From Hydrolagus affinis (Eukaryota), in the NCBI GenBank assembly GCA_012026655.1, contig JAAILG010000301.1, forward strand, positions 1 to 64,000: DNA of 64,000 nucleotides. Reading direction: 5' to 3'. Below, piece by piece: positions 52,644 to 64,000 of this stretch (positions are counted from its first letter, which is position 1; each line of letters opens with the position of its first letter). The position numbers were made by a program, and so were the translations under genes. The notes beneath the pieces were generated by a model. That model ran no database searches. It worked only from the letters and a program-made list of their open reading frames with translations, and was not told where the DNA came from.

Positions 52644-53423
52644 GTAAACTGTGATGTTTTGGAGCTGACTATTTTAGTTTCATTTGTCCTGTTTTTTCAT
52701 CCTTTGGGAGTGCATTGATGTGCACCATCTTCCAGCATAAGTTTTGCACAAAGATCACAAGAGAATTGGAATGAAGGAGATCATTTGATCTAATATACCA
52801 TCTTCCCATTACAAAATTAAACTGTATATTAAATAAATAGCATCATGGTATCAACCACATTTTTTGGTAATCTGATCCAACCATTAATTACTTTACATTT
52901 TACCTTTTTGGGGGGAAATACTCATTTCCCTGTGAATTTAAATGTAATGTGCTATTTGTTTTAGTCAGTCATCCTCATCAATCCAAATTCATTTCCATAA
53001 AATTTATTTGATTCCTAATTCTTGTTTTTGGGATGTGCAGATTGGTTCCCAAGTTCCCAATGCAGCAGTGTCATGAAAGGCGCTATACAAAGTAATTTTG
53101 CTGCTGTTGTTTTATATAAAATTAAGTATTATTTCCAGACCACTATCCTTTTTTAAAATTTGAGTGATTTATTAATTCCTTGTATCAATCCTTCTGCCTC
53201 AGTTTCTCCATCTATCTTTAAAACCTACATGAAGACCTAAAATTTCAAAGCTTTAATAGCTTGATATAATTTTAACATGACACATCTGAAGTACTGATTG
53301 ATGCCATGCGTGTTTTGAATATCAGATTTGTTTGTATATCGATTCTCTTCAAAATTGATGATAAACTATGAAATTATTATATATTTAGTGTTCACTGTTC
53401 AAGGATTGCTCTGTGTTTTGCAG

Positions 53424-53558
53424 GTGCAGAATATTTACAATTGCATTCAAGTCTCTGAGGAATTTGTGTCACCGGAACATGTAGTACACTCTTTCCATCT
53501 AACCCAGGAACTGAGACATCAATCAAACCAAGAGATCAATTATGAGGATAAACTGCAG
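53424..53558 (+). CDS. JMJD1C: JMJD1C exon 25
   Basis: ttgcag|GTG...CAG|gtatgg; 135 nt; [19 protein letters not shown]...INYEDKLQ. Confidence 0.96.
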
Positions 53559-53769
53559 GTATGGATTTGAACCTGGCCAGCTTCCACTACGTGGAATAAA
53601 ATTTCTGCTTCTTGAAAATGCAGTGAGTGCCTCCCGCAATGAGTCTGCAAGCCAATAGCTCTACTTGGTACAAGTTATAAATACTTATGAATAAAATATG
53701 GATTTTTTAAAATAAAGTTTGCTGCTTACAATTTTTAGAGAGGACACCTTCCAAGGAAATATTTGTACA

Positions 53770-53930
53770 AAAGCAAAGAAATAGGATAGGCCATTCATCC
53801 TCTGGAGCGTGTTCTGCCATTTCTGTAAGATCACGCTGATCTGTACCACAAAACCAATTACTGTACCTGCTCTGCCCCATATCCCTTGATACGCTGATCT
53901 AACAAATATCTATCTATCTCAGTCTTGAGC
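53770..53930 (-). mobile_element. CR1-type LINE 3' fragment
   Basis: taggccattcatcctctggagcgtgttctgccatt...ccccatatcccttgat. Confidence 0.65.
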
Positions 53931-54611
53931 TTAGCGCTCAGCCACTAGTGTCTCATTCTTGTTACTTTGTGGATTTGCCATTACACATTGGAAGTCATTT
54001 TTTTATATTCTCAGCACTTCTAATATCCTGCCACAATCCAAAGAATGTTCCCTGACTTGAACCACTAGAACACTGTTTGTAATAGAGTTCTTAATGTTCA
54101 ACATAGAAAATAGTAACATGAATATTGTTATTTTAAAGCATGATTACAGTAAAAAATAAGTGAGTTTAATGAGACAGAAGTGGACAGAAAATGTTGGTTT
54201 TGGTGCATATGTTTTTATCACCAGTTGCTCACAGTGCAACATCACCACCTTTTGGTGATACATTACTACTGTGAAGTGTTCCTCATCGCAGCATTTTAAA
54301 TGTTAAATTAGTAAGTGTTGACAATTTAAGAGAACATAATTACTAGATTGTAATTTTTAAATTATTTTTGAGGAGGTGGGTAGGTTACCTGTTCACAAGT
54401 CTCTGCAGAAACTAGTCAGTGGGAAGCAAATCATTTTCTTTTACAACTTTATTTAATCATATCTTGTGTTTCAGCAAAGAAGTTTCTGTGAACTAAAATT
54501 TGTACATTTGTTATTCTATATGAAATGTATAATTGTATTATATGCAAAATATGATTTTTTTAAAAATGTTGTGGACTAATTAATTCTGTTAATATTCTCA
54601 TTTCTTTGCAG

Positions 54612-54701
54612 GTAAAAAATATAATTTATCATTCAGTTAAAGATGCTGTGGTAACTCTGAAGATGCATGAAGAAAAGATGTCAAATACACAAAACTCTTA
54701 A
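54612..54701 (+). CDS. JMJD1C: JMJD1C exon 26 coding part with stop
   Basis: ttgcag|GTA...TCT TAA; VKNIIYHSVKDAVVTLKMHEEKMSNTQNS*. Confidence 0.95.
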   Translation, partial: VKNIIYHSVKDAVVTLKMHEEKMSNTQNS

Positions 54702-55520
54702 TGTTTTTGCAGTTTCATGATTCTATAATGCTGACCATATTAAGACAAATATTAGCTGTTATACAGTCACTGTTCAAAACCACAAATCGATAGTGCCAAG
54801 GAAATTTCAAATGGTGTCATTGGAAGTCATGGCTACTGTATTAAATTACCCAATGTTCAAATTAGTGTGATTGCAAAGAAAACTAATTTTAGCTTATGAT
54901 AATCCACAGGAGAATAGCACTGTGTTGTTCCATGTATTATATTGTACATTGTGAAAATGACAGATATATTTATTTTTCAAAAATAATATGCTACAAAATT
55001 TTATGCCATATTAAAGATCAATGTGATTTGTACAGTTTAGTTTGCTACAATTAATATTTTTCACTACATTGAGACAGTTACTGTGAGAAGGTAAACACAG
55101 CTACCATCTATGCCTAATTCTTTTATTGGTGAAGCGCACAGCTGTCCATGTCATAGCTTAACATGTTGACAAATAACTAAAGATACTGAAGATCCACATA
55201 ATACAAAAATGACAATAGATATTATACAGAGACATCAGCATTTTATTAAGTATTCATTGTAAAATTTAAACATTTATTACGTTGTAATTTATTCAGAAAT
55301 ATTGTCTTGTTAAATTTGTTATAGTGAACTTTTGGAAGCAAATTACTATTACCAAGAAAGTTAATATTCTGTGTAAATACTTATAAATATATACATTCAA
55401 TTATGTATTTTTTTAAAACAGCTTGTTCGGTTTGTTATTAAAGTGCAAGTGTTATATGCTTTGTACATTGGAGTTGAAAGGGGTTTTACATTTTCCATTA
55501 AAATAGATTTATCAAATATT
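54702..55520 (+). other. JMJD1C: JMJD1C 3' UTR with poly(A) signal
   Basis: AU-rich, repeat-free stretch after the stop; ATTAAA at 55497-55502 (another at 55437) followed by U/GU-rich ttgttgtgtgtg. Confidence 0.65.
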
Positions 55521-58364
55521 TATTTGTTTTAAAATTTGTTGTGTGTGCATATTATTGCCTGGATGTATGCCCCATTTGTGGTATCATATCCAATTTTTTT
55601 CCTGTTTCCTTTCAAGAATGCACCAATTTACATTTTCATTTTTGATTAAGTTGTTGTAAAGTGAAGAGAAAACGGAAAGCCAGTCTACCAGCATCTCCTC
55701 AGTTCATCAATCAGTACCTTATCCAGCTTGAGTAAGGTGCTGCTTCAGGGACTTGAGGCTGATCAGGAAGGTAGTTCAAGCTGGGGAGTTGAGCCAGGGT
55801 GTGGGGAGCTTGGGGCTGGTAGAGAGCCACGGTGGTGGTGAGATTGAGCCAGGGGAAGGTTGGGGAGTTGAGCTTGAGCTGCGTCAAGGGCGAGTTGGAT
55901 GGAGATGGGGGTGATTTGTGCTGGGGTTAGCCTGGGTCGGGGGCTTGAGCCAGATCAGAGACAGTGTTGCCAGATTGGGCAGTTTACACCTGATTGGGTT
56001 TATTTCTACTTAAACCATGCGTGAAACAAATGACTGAGGGTGCCTAATTTTTGAGGTAGCCTGGGATAGTTTTTGTCTTTGGTGCAGGACAATCAATCAA
56101 TACTTATATTTATATAGCGCCTTTCATATTGAGAGGACGTCTCAAGGCGCTGTACAGTTAGGTAGGGACAAGAGCAGGGGGGGGAGGAGTCGGGGCAGGA
56201 TGAAGAAGAGTAGGAAAATTGACTATATTTGTGGGCGAAAGGACTGCAGGTTTGTGGATGTTTTGAATGGTTTAAAAGTCTTAGCTATTTTTAAACTTCT
56301 GAAAACTGATGATTCTAATCTTGAATCCTTTTCCTGTTTAAACGGAGTCGGAGGCGTTCGTGATTCATCGTCACTCTTCCCAGTCCACTGCACAGGTGAG
56401 AACCAACACACATAAATAACATAAGGATCTGAATTACCCGCTGGCATCGTCTCAGCTGCTGACCCCGTGATGGTTGGAATTGGTGTACCTTCTAGACCAG
56501 CTGCTATCCAAACACACTAAACCTGAGTTAGCCAAGCAGAAAGGTGATCAGAGAGGAAGGTAGGAACAATATTCTCAGATGCAATGAGAGTTGAACAAGA
56601 GGACTTATGTTCTGGAAACATGAGGTCAAATGGGCTGAAGGGCCCTCTACAATCCTGTGATTACGTTTCTGATCTGGTAATATTTCATTAAAGTATTTGA
56701 GCCCACTATGTTGAGAAAAAATTGCTTTTGTGTCCAATGATGAAAAACCACATTGTATTCAGTGATGACACAATATATCAGTTGAATGTAATAGGGTGTG
56801 TTTTAAATCATCCACTTCATCCCAAAGTAAGACTTCCCTTGTTCTATTGCAGCCTCCTAAGCTTTGTTCTATCATGTCTCCATTGAAAATCAGCTGGTGA
56901 GTCAGCCAGATGAACTAAACCTATTCAATAGTGCACAGAAAGTTTCAATTTTGGCTGCACATTTCTTGAAAAATTTACGGGGAGTACTTTCTGTTGAAAA
57001 TGTTGTTCCTATAGCAGAAAATAAGTTAAATGCATTTTATCATTCTAATATTGGTTTCCTAGATTTGTATAGATACTGGGTGATTCATTTATGCTTAAAA
57101 GACTTCTTAAATGCATTCTTCCATCTCTACTCCTTTCAATACAGCCCAATGCTTTAGATTAGCCTGGGAAGTACTCTGAAGTTGTCCACCCTAAAAAACA
57201 GTGCTGGAAAGTATACAGCATTGTTAGTCAGCTAGAAATCAATAGCCTCATATTTATTCAGCTTCATCATTGGATATTGCAGTTTAATTCATTAACTGTC
57301 ACATTGCTGCTAATCTCCACTAGAGGTCAGCAGTACACTACGTATCATCCTCATCATGTCTTGAGATAAAATGCTCCAAGGGGATTCTTTCAATTTTTAC
57401 ATTCATCGCTGTCAAGTTTGAAACTTACTTTGTAGAAGTTCAAGAAATCAAAAAACACAAGTTTAATTGTATAGATGTAATTGCATATCTGTTTCCAACT
57501 ACAATAAATTACTGTTGTTAGTAGTCATACTGTCTATTATCTTGGATGTATTTATGTATTTATACATGTATGCCTAACTCCTAATAACTTGTCATTGAGG
57601 AGTGACAAGTTTACTGTAATCTAGTTTTGTCCAGCACACTTGTGCAAAGCATTAGTGCACCAATATTCTTTCTTGGACTCTCATTTAAATTGGTTCATCC
57701 AGCAAGTTTAATGCTTTCAAATTTCAGTTTAAGCCTTCGACCAATATTTTAACTCACTATCAAAACAGACATTCCAGTGCAGTAATGAGAAAGCACTACA
57801 TTAATCAAAGGGCCCGTCTACCAGTTTAGATGAATGTTAAAGATGTTATAGTTCTGTTTTAAAGAGAAAGCACATCTTCATGTGTCCTGATTATTCTCTC
57901 ATTTCAAATTCAAAATAAGACATACTGTTCATCCCTAAATCAAGAGTTGTCTGTTGAAAGATGTAATTAAAGTATAAATCGTGTGATTAATACATTAAAT
58001 AGCAAATTTCTGTGAAATGCTTAGATGCTACTTATTGATTATATTTGTAGATAAAATAGCAAATTTATATCCCATGAATGTATGTCCCATGAATAACCAA
58101 TTTCACTGGAAGATTATTGACTAGAACTTATTTTTGAATTAAGTGATTATTGCTACTTCAACAGGCAGAAGATTACACCAACCATACAGTGTACCTTCTG
58201 ACTCAAGAGGTATGAATGATATCAACTGAGCCACGCTGACACTTGGGGACAGACATAGTAGTACAATACAATTAGCTGTCCTGGATTTCCAGATAATACT
58301 AATATTTCAGAAAGCTGGTGTGCTTGAGTGTCAAATTACATTTATAATGCTCTGATGCAATTTA

Positions 58365-59182
58365 CAGTAAAAAGCCTGTTTATCCGGCACCCTCGGGACC
58401 TGGCCAATGCCAGTTAAACTGCGTGCCGGATATTCGGGCGGCCAGCTGCCGAAAACCCAACACAAAAAAAAAACTTTTTTTAAACATATTAATAAGACTA
58501 AATAATAATATTGTATGGATATTTACCAATAAAACAATAAATATCAATTAGTCTATAAACAATCACAAAGCAAACTTCTACAATGGTGGACTGTAGTGGC
58601 TTAAAGTGGTACTGCCATTTTTACCTTTCTTTCTCTCCCTCCTTCCCTTTCTCTTTCTCACACGCACACACACACAGTCAGTCTGGCATCTCAATGGCTC
58701 CAAACCCAAACCCCCTCCACCTCCTCTCATTTTCCATCTAAATTAGTCAACTCATCCCCTCTCTCTCCACCCCCCACCCCCTCTCTCTCCCTGCCTCTCC
58801 CTCTTTCTCCCAACCCCCCCCCCCCCACCAAAACAGTGTATAAACCCATGATACCGTCAGGCTACACAGGCAATGTACTGTCCATCAGAGAGAAGGAAAG
58901 AAATAAAGGGGATGAGATAGAAAGAGAGAGAGAGAGAGGAAGGAAAGAGAGGGAGAGAAAAAGGAGGGAGAGGAAAAACAGTCCCCCCTTTAAGACCAAA
59001 ACCCGGAAGTGTCACTACTGGCAGCATTCAGAGTTAATCGTACTGTACTCTATTGCGACAATTGACTCATTAAATGCTCCACCGCAATTGTGCAGGATAA
59101 GATCCGGTTATTCGAATGGGGGCTTTTTTTTGTGTAACGGAAGTTACGGTTGATCTGGTCACAGATAAATGGGCTTTTACTG
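58365..59182 (+). mobile_element. MITE, same TIR family, different low-complexity interior
   Basis: TA|CAGTAAAAAGCCTGTTTATCCGG...GATAAATGGGCTTTTACTG|TA. Confidence 0.88.
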
Positions 59183-59269
59183 TATTTAGAAATCTGAATG
59201 CAGAAACGGGTTCAAAACAAACACGTGCAATTTACTTAAGAGTTGAATACAGAAATAGTAATTATGAAA

Positions 59270-59778
59270 AGCATGTTGCAAGGTTTGCTCTTTTAATTAT
59301 TCAATCTGCAAATCAAATACTGACACTAATGTTTTCCATTCATGCAGCAACAAAAAATTATAATTCATTTTTAGACAATTCATCACACAGAATACAGTAA
59401 TTTTTAGATTTACACAAAACAGTTAAAAAAAATTACAATGATGAACCCCGATTACTGTGTTATGTAAACTGATCGATCATTGAAAAACAAAATTGCTCAT
59501 TTGGTTCCCTCTTGATACAATACAAACTTGTGTAATGTTCCTGATTGGCTTTTAAATTTGCATCACATTGAAAACTCAGTGAGTGGCACAGACTGATTAA
59601 TGTAGGTGAGTACCTGAATGTAAACAGTACCTCAGACCATATGAACTAGCAGGTCATTTAGTGTATGTATACAATCATCTGGCACTAATTGTATCGTACA
59701 TTACAGAAACATTAACTGCTATTCTGAGGCACTGTACAATTTAATAATTAAAACTGGTATCTTTTCCAAGTATGCTCC
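59270..59778 (-). other. NRBF2: Probable NRBF2 3' UTR
   Basis: Follows the stop; candidate ATTAAA on - strand at 59292-59297; true end uncertain. Confidence 0.45.
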
Positions 59779-60516
59779 CTATAGTTTGTCCCTTTTTGAG
59801 GTTTCCGTTTGGTTGTCCAATAGTTCTTTCAGGTTAGATGCAACCTCAGGAAGTTCCAGAGGGGGGAGATCAGCCAATGAAATATCCTGAGCTGGCATTT
59901 CCAAAGGAGGAAGATTAGGTATCGGAATGTCCTTTGCTTTCCCAGCATTGGTAGTTTTATCTGGTGTCTGACTCAGACACCATAATTCAGACTTCACAAA
60001 GTCTGCAGCTACATCCACTTCCTTCTCTGATGGGAATTTCCTAAGTCTTGCATTCTCTGCCTTCAGCTGCCTATTCTCCTTCTTTAGTCTCTCATTCTCA
60101 GCTACGAGTAGATCAACAAGTCTTTTTAGCTCTGCAATTTTCATTTCTTGTTCCTCTATCCTTGTCTTGTCATCCTTCAGAGTTTTACTCCCTCTACAAG
60201 TCTTTAAAGGCATTTCCTTTTTCTCTAGCAGAAAGAGAAGTGTATCTGGTTCTCGATCACATGAGTTTCGAATTTGCCTCAGATATTCATCCCGATCAGA
60301 GCTACTCATTTCCACATTTGTGGAAAGTGTTTTTTGACTATCAGGTTCATCAAAGGAGGGTTTAACAGATAACTGGGATTCAACTTCCTTTTCTACAGTT
60401 GTCATGTGTATCTGAGCCCTTAGCTTTTCTTCCCTCTTGGCCCGCTTCCATCTCTCCTCAATTAGGAGCTGATGTTTGATATGGCTATCCCGTTGTAGCT
60501 TCAATGATAATAATGC
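59779..60516 (-). CDS. NRBF2: NRBF2 last coding exon (end of MIT domain, LxxLL, coiled coil)
   Basis: ctgcag|GCA...TAG on - strand; [72 protein letters not shown]; tail-to-tail with JMJD1C. Confidence 0.95.
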   Translation of the reverse strand, partial: ALLSLKLQRDSHIKHQLLIEERWKRAKREEKLRAQIHMTTVEKEVESQLSVKPSFDEPDSQKTLSTNVEMSSSDRDEYLRQIRNSCDREPDTLLFLLEKKEMPLKTCRGSKTLKDDKTRIEEQEMKIAELKRLVDLLVAENERLKKENRQLKAENARLRKFPSEKEVDVAADFVKSELWCLSQTPDKTTNAGKAKDIPIPNLPPLEMPAQDISLADLPPLELPEVASNLKELLDNQTETSKRDKL

Positions 60517-61162
60517 CTGCAGATTAAAGTACAATATTTTATTAGCATCAACCTGAAATTACTTAAACATTAATTGATTAGATCAATATAAATCATGTTA
60601 ATGTGCAACAATTATTAAGACAGTAAACAATGCAATGCTAATATGTCCTGGTGGCTGTTTGCTCAATTGCAATCCACAGATCCTGATTAAACCCCCCACC
60701 CAAAGATTGAATTTTGGCAACTGATAACTATAATTTCTAGGTATATGACTGGGTGGATTCCCTGTCACAATTCAGTTGAGCGACCTGTTGGGAGATGCAG
60801 AGCTTCAGCAGCAATTTTTTAACTCTCTCTATACTAGTAATGAATACCAAGTATTGCATATAGGAATGTGTTCACAAAGCTAAATGAAAGCTTGGGATAA
60901 CAGCTTTCCAGAAGCTGTTATCCCAAGCCTCAGAGTTTCTTCATCAGCTATTCAACGTACACTTGCATTTGCCCTTTATACTGTGCAGAGGATTTTTACA
61001 CAGACAATTGGTTTCATAAGCAGTATTGGAATTGGATCCCTAGTCAACTACCTTGATTCTAGCTATACTATTTAAATATTGTTTACTAAATATCAACTGC
61101 TTAAACTAGGTCCTCATTTGAGGCTTTGGCAAATAGACATGGCAGCTATGAAGCCAACTTTG

Positions 61163-61432
61163 TGGAGGCCCGTACTTCAGTGGTTTGAGCACTTGCCTGA
61201 CAAGCGAGAGACCTGGACTCGATTCCAGGCAAGTCAGGGTGAAACCTTGGATAAGTGCTTACTCCACAAACACATCTGATAATAATCCCTCACAAAAACA
61301 TAATAATAATTTGATCACTCAATCCACGATTGTTTGTGGGACACTGTGCGCAATTGGTTACCGTGTCTTGCCCACAAATATACAAAGCTGTGATACGGCA
61401 CTATATCAAATGGAAGGATTATTATTATTATT
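61163..61432 (+). mobile_element. tRNA-derived SINE in NRBF2 intron
   Basis: Family head and tail with internal deletion. Confidence 0.88.
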
Positions 61433-62310
61433 AACTTTGCTTCCAGGGTACTCAGCAATCTATCAGTGTAACCTACAGCCCTGCTTCCCCAGGGCCACTT
61501 CCTCTTTTAATCACAAATCTACCTCACAGTTTGGTCCTGAACTTCATAAACAGGTGAAACAGCAACTGTTCCACTGCATGCCCAGGAACTCGGCACTGTG
61601 CCAAACATCATTTCTGTTGCAATGTTAATTTTAACCTGGCTGTTAGGGATGTGCAACGACTACCTAGCCTAACATGGCTGTAGATTTACATTTGTTAGGA
61701 CATGCTGAAAATTGATGCACAAATGATTGTTTTAAAACAAAATAAACAATCGATTTTGTGAACTAGCACTGCACAGGTATAACAGATTGAATGGCATATT
61801 TTTGTGCCCATATTTCTAGAATAAAGAACTAAACGTTCCAGTACAGAATTTATCAAACTAATTAGCAAATGAATGTTGCATAATCAATTCTCTTTATATT
61901 ATGTACAGTATTATATATCAATATACACCTGATATGACAACTAAGTGAACAACTGGACTGTATGGTATGGTACTGATCTATACAAACCAGACCTGGTTTG
62001 TGCTGTGTTTAGCTGATCTCAGAGGCAAACTGTATGAATGTTATATTGGGCATTCATGTCTACAAGATGAGTAATAAATAAAATCAGATTGTACCCAAGC
62101 AATCATATCGTTGTCAACAGAGAAGCGGAACAAACTAAAGAAACCAGGTAATCATGGTTTAGAAGCTACAGTGCACCACAGAATTACAACATACTATATA
62201 TACACATCGGCTCAGTGCTACTTTAAGGATGCAGCTGTTTTGTCAGATTCCACACTAAACAACACAAAGTGATTCAGTTAAAGTCTGTGCATTCTTATCA
62301 CAATGCATAC

Positions 62311-62351
62311 CTGTTCTGACTGTGTTAGTTTCATGGCTTCCCCAAGGTGGT
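62311..62351 (-). CDS. NRBF2: NRBF2 penultimate exon (41 nt)
   Basis: ttacag|AC CAC CTT GGG GAA GCC ATG AAA CTA ACA CAG TCA GAA CAG|gtatgc = HLGEAMKLTQSEQ, in phase with the last exon. Confidence 0.93.
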
Positions 62352-63649
62352 CTGTAAAGAAGAATGAAACCAATCAGTTCAACAACTATTTGACCAGATT
62401 CCCAAAGTAGCATTCCATATGAATAAACCCCAACAAGTATCAAAAGGATTACAAAATGATGGAGTACTGATTCAGACCATGGTCATTGATCAGCCTCACA
62501 ATAGGAATAAGTATTTCAGAATAGAATACTAAACCAGGCTTACAAATTGGGACAACTAGTAAGGTATTATTTACGTACATAATTTGGAGTACTATATTCT
62601 TTGTTAATTGTCAAATAGAACAGGTATTGGCCACTCGTACCTTTGGTTCATACATGCAAGGATTCCTTATGTTAAATACTATGAGAGCAGGGAGTGTTTG
62701 AATAACATCATGTGAACTCCTTACTGGAGTCCAAAGACAATCTTGAATATCCTGCAAGACTGCAGTGAGTTAGCCAGCCCCAGGCAGGGTTGCAATTGGC
62801 CACATCCTGCCTAGCCTAGGAAAGAAGGGGTGGGAGTTAATGGTCGGGGTTTCAGAACCAGTTTTCGGTCTCATGACTCCTGTTAGAAATGCATGTGGAC
62901 AAGACTGGACTCAGTTGTGATTGCTCTCACATGGTTGAATAACTTACAAAAACTATCAGAAAGCAGCTTCCATCTATGGAATCAAGCAAAGACTTATCAA
63001 TTTCATTTGGATTTTAAATGTGACTATCATTGTAGAAACCAGTCATTTACTGAAGGATTGAAACTGAACTGAATGTTACTTTTAACATTTAAAATAAACA
63101 TTCAAAATAAAATAATTTGCCCTTTATTAATTTGTCTTCAATGGTGCTCAAGTTGAAGTCCTGTTATCTGGGTGTAATTACTACCTCTCACTCAAGTTGG
63201 TCATCCACAATCAGTTGAATTTTATTAGTGTTACCACATATACATATGTTGGTCAACATTCAACAAGCATTGAAGATGAATACAAATGAACCTGAAACGG
63301 TGCAATAAACTGGATTTTCTGCTTTCAAATAAATTGTCATACCTTTTCCCACATATCTAAACTGAAACAATGGCTTGCCATTCAGTGGAATTGCTAATAA
63401 TTTCTTCAAAAATGATTCCTCCCTCTACAGTATCTTCAGCAGTAAAACACACCATTGAACATTAACGTCTGATTTAACAATAATATCAATCGAACATAAC
63501 AAATGTAGGCCTTGAAAATATATGTACATTAACGTTTTTCTATAAAATACACACCTAATGCATATGACTCAAAGTCCCTTCCATCCCTGTAGGTTATTTA
63601 TCAATAATTGTTATTAACTTTGCAGTTTAAAAAAAATTATCGGGTTACT

Positions 63650-64000
63650 ATAACAATAAAATTAAATTTTTATAGCGCCTTTCACGTCGAAGGGGCATCC
63701 CAAGGTGCTGGACAGGCAGTGTTTCAGACCTGAGCTGGGGTCAGGATCGGGGAGGGTAGAGCAAAGGGAGGTGACTGATGGCACAGACGAAAGGCAGGTT
63801 TTGAAGAAGTCTAGGGAGGGGGCGAGGCGGAGGAATTGCGAGATGGAATTCCAAAGGTTGGAGGCAGAGTGGCTGCAGGCTCGCCCGCCGATGGTGGGGT
63901 GGGTGGGTTAGGGGACATGGAGCTCGCCAGAGCCCGATGAGCAGAGGGAGCAGACAGGTTGCTGGTGGGTTAGGAAATCGCCAGAAGTAGGGTGGGGCAA
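63650..64000 (-). mobile_element. L2-like LINE 3' region running off the window end
   Basis: Reverse complement of the tail gcaccttgggatgccccttcgacgtgaaaggcgctata, then GC-rich body; tail-only copies near 810, 1530, 16075, 18840, 31350, 51715, 56090. Confidence 0.75.

Noticed and set aside
922-54701. JMJD1C as a pseudogene
   Set aside because: All exons keep frame and GT-AG sites, including open exons of 1.5 and 2.2 kb; the only stop (46901) lies beyond a consensus donor.
56327-56470. CpG-containing patch with donor-like cag|gtgaga between the genes
   Set aside because: No recognisable peptide or partner exons; cannot be supported as a gene.

Overview
Eukaryotic genomic DNA from a cartilaginous fish. 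It is probably a holocephalan such as elephant shark, inferred from the dominant tRNA-derived SINE and the shark-type LINE tails. The + strand carries coding exons 2-26 of JMJD1C (KDM3-family JmjC protein; numbering follows the human gene; exon 1 lies upstream of the window). By hand these splice through GT-AG introns into one uninterrupted 7134-nt frame (2377 aa + TAA, 922..54701). The - strand carries the last two exons of NRBF2, tail-to-tail with JMJD1C as in other vertebrates. Introns hold SINEs, L2/CR1 fragments and pogo/Tigger MITEs. Main points: (1) the JMJD1C frame is intact, but the distal Fe(II)-ligand His is Arg (PAGALRQ). The H..CxC motif is lost, the PLHWLADL segment appears intronised, and one acceptor has shifted, so this is a candidate catalytically dead scaffold. 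(2) A ~340-bp, ~95% identical inverted duplication brackets frame-symmetric exon 3 (skipping, circRNA or editing substrate). (3) A CpG-rich internal promoter or alternative exon lies in intron 2. (4) A self-palindromic MITE retains a Jerky-like transposase N-terminus. (5) A perfect 17-bp hairpin lies in an NRBF2 intron. Comparisons with human proteins and repeat families are from recalled sequences, not from a search; repeat boundaries are approximate.
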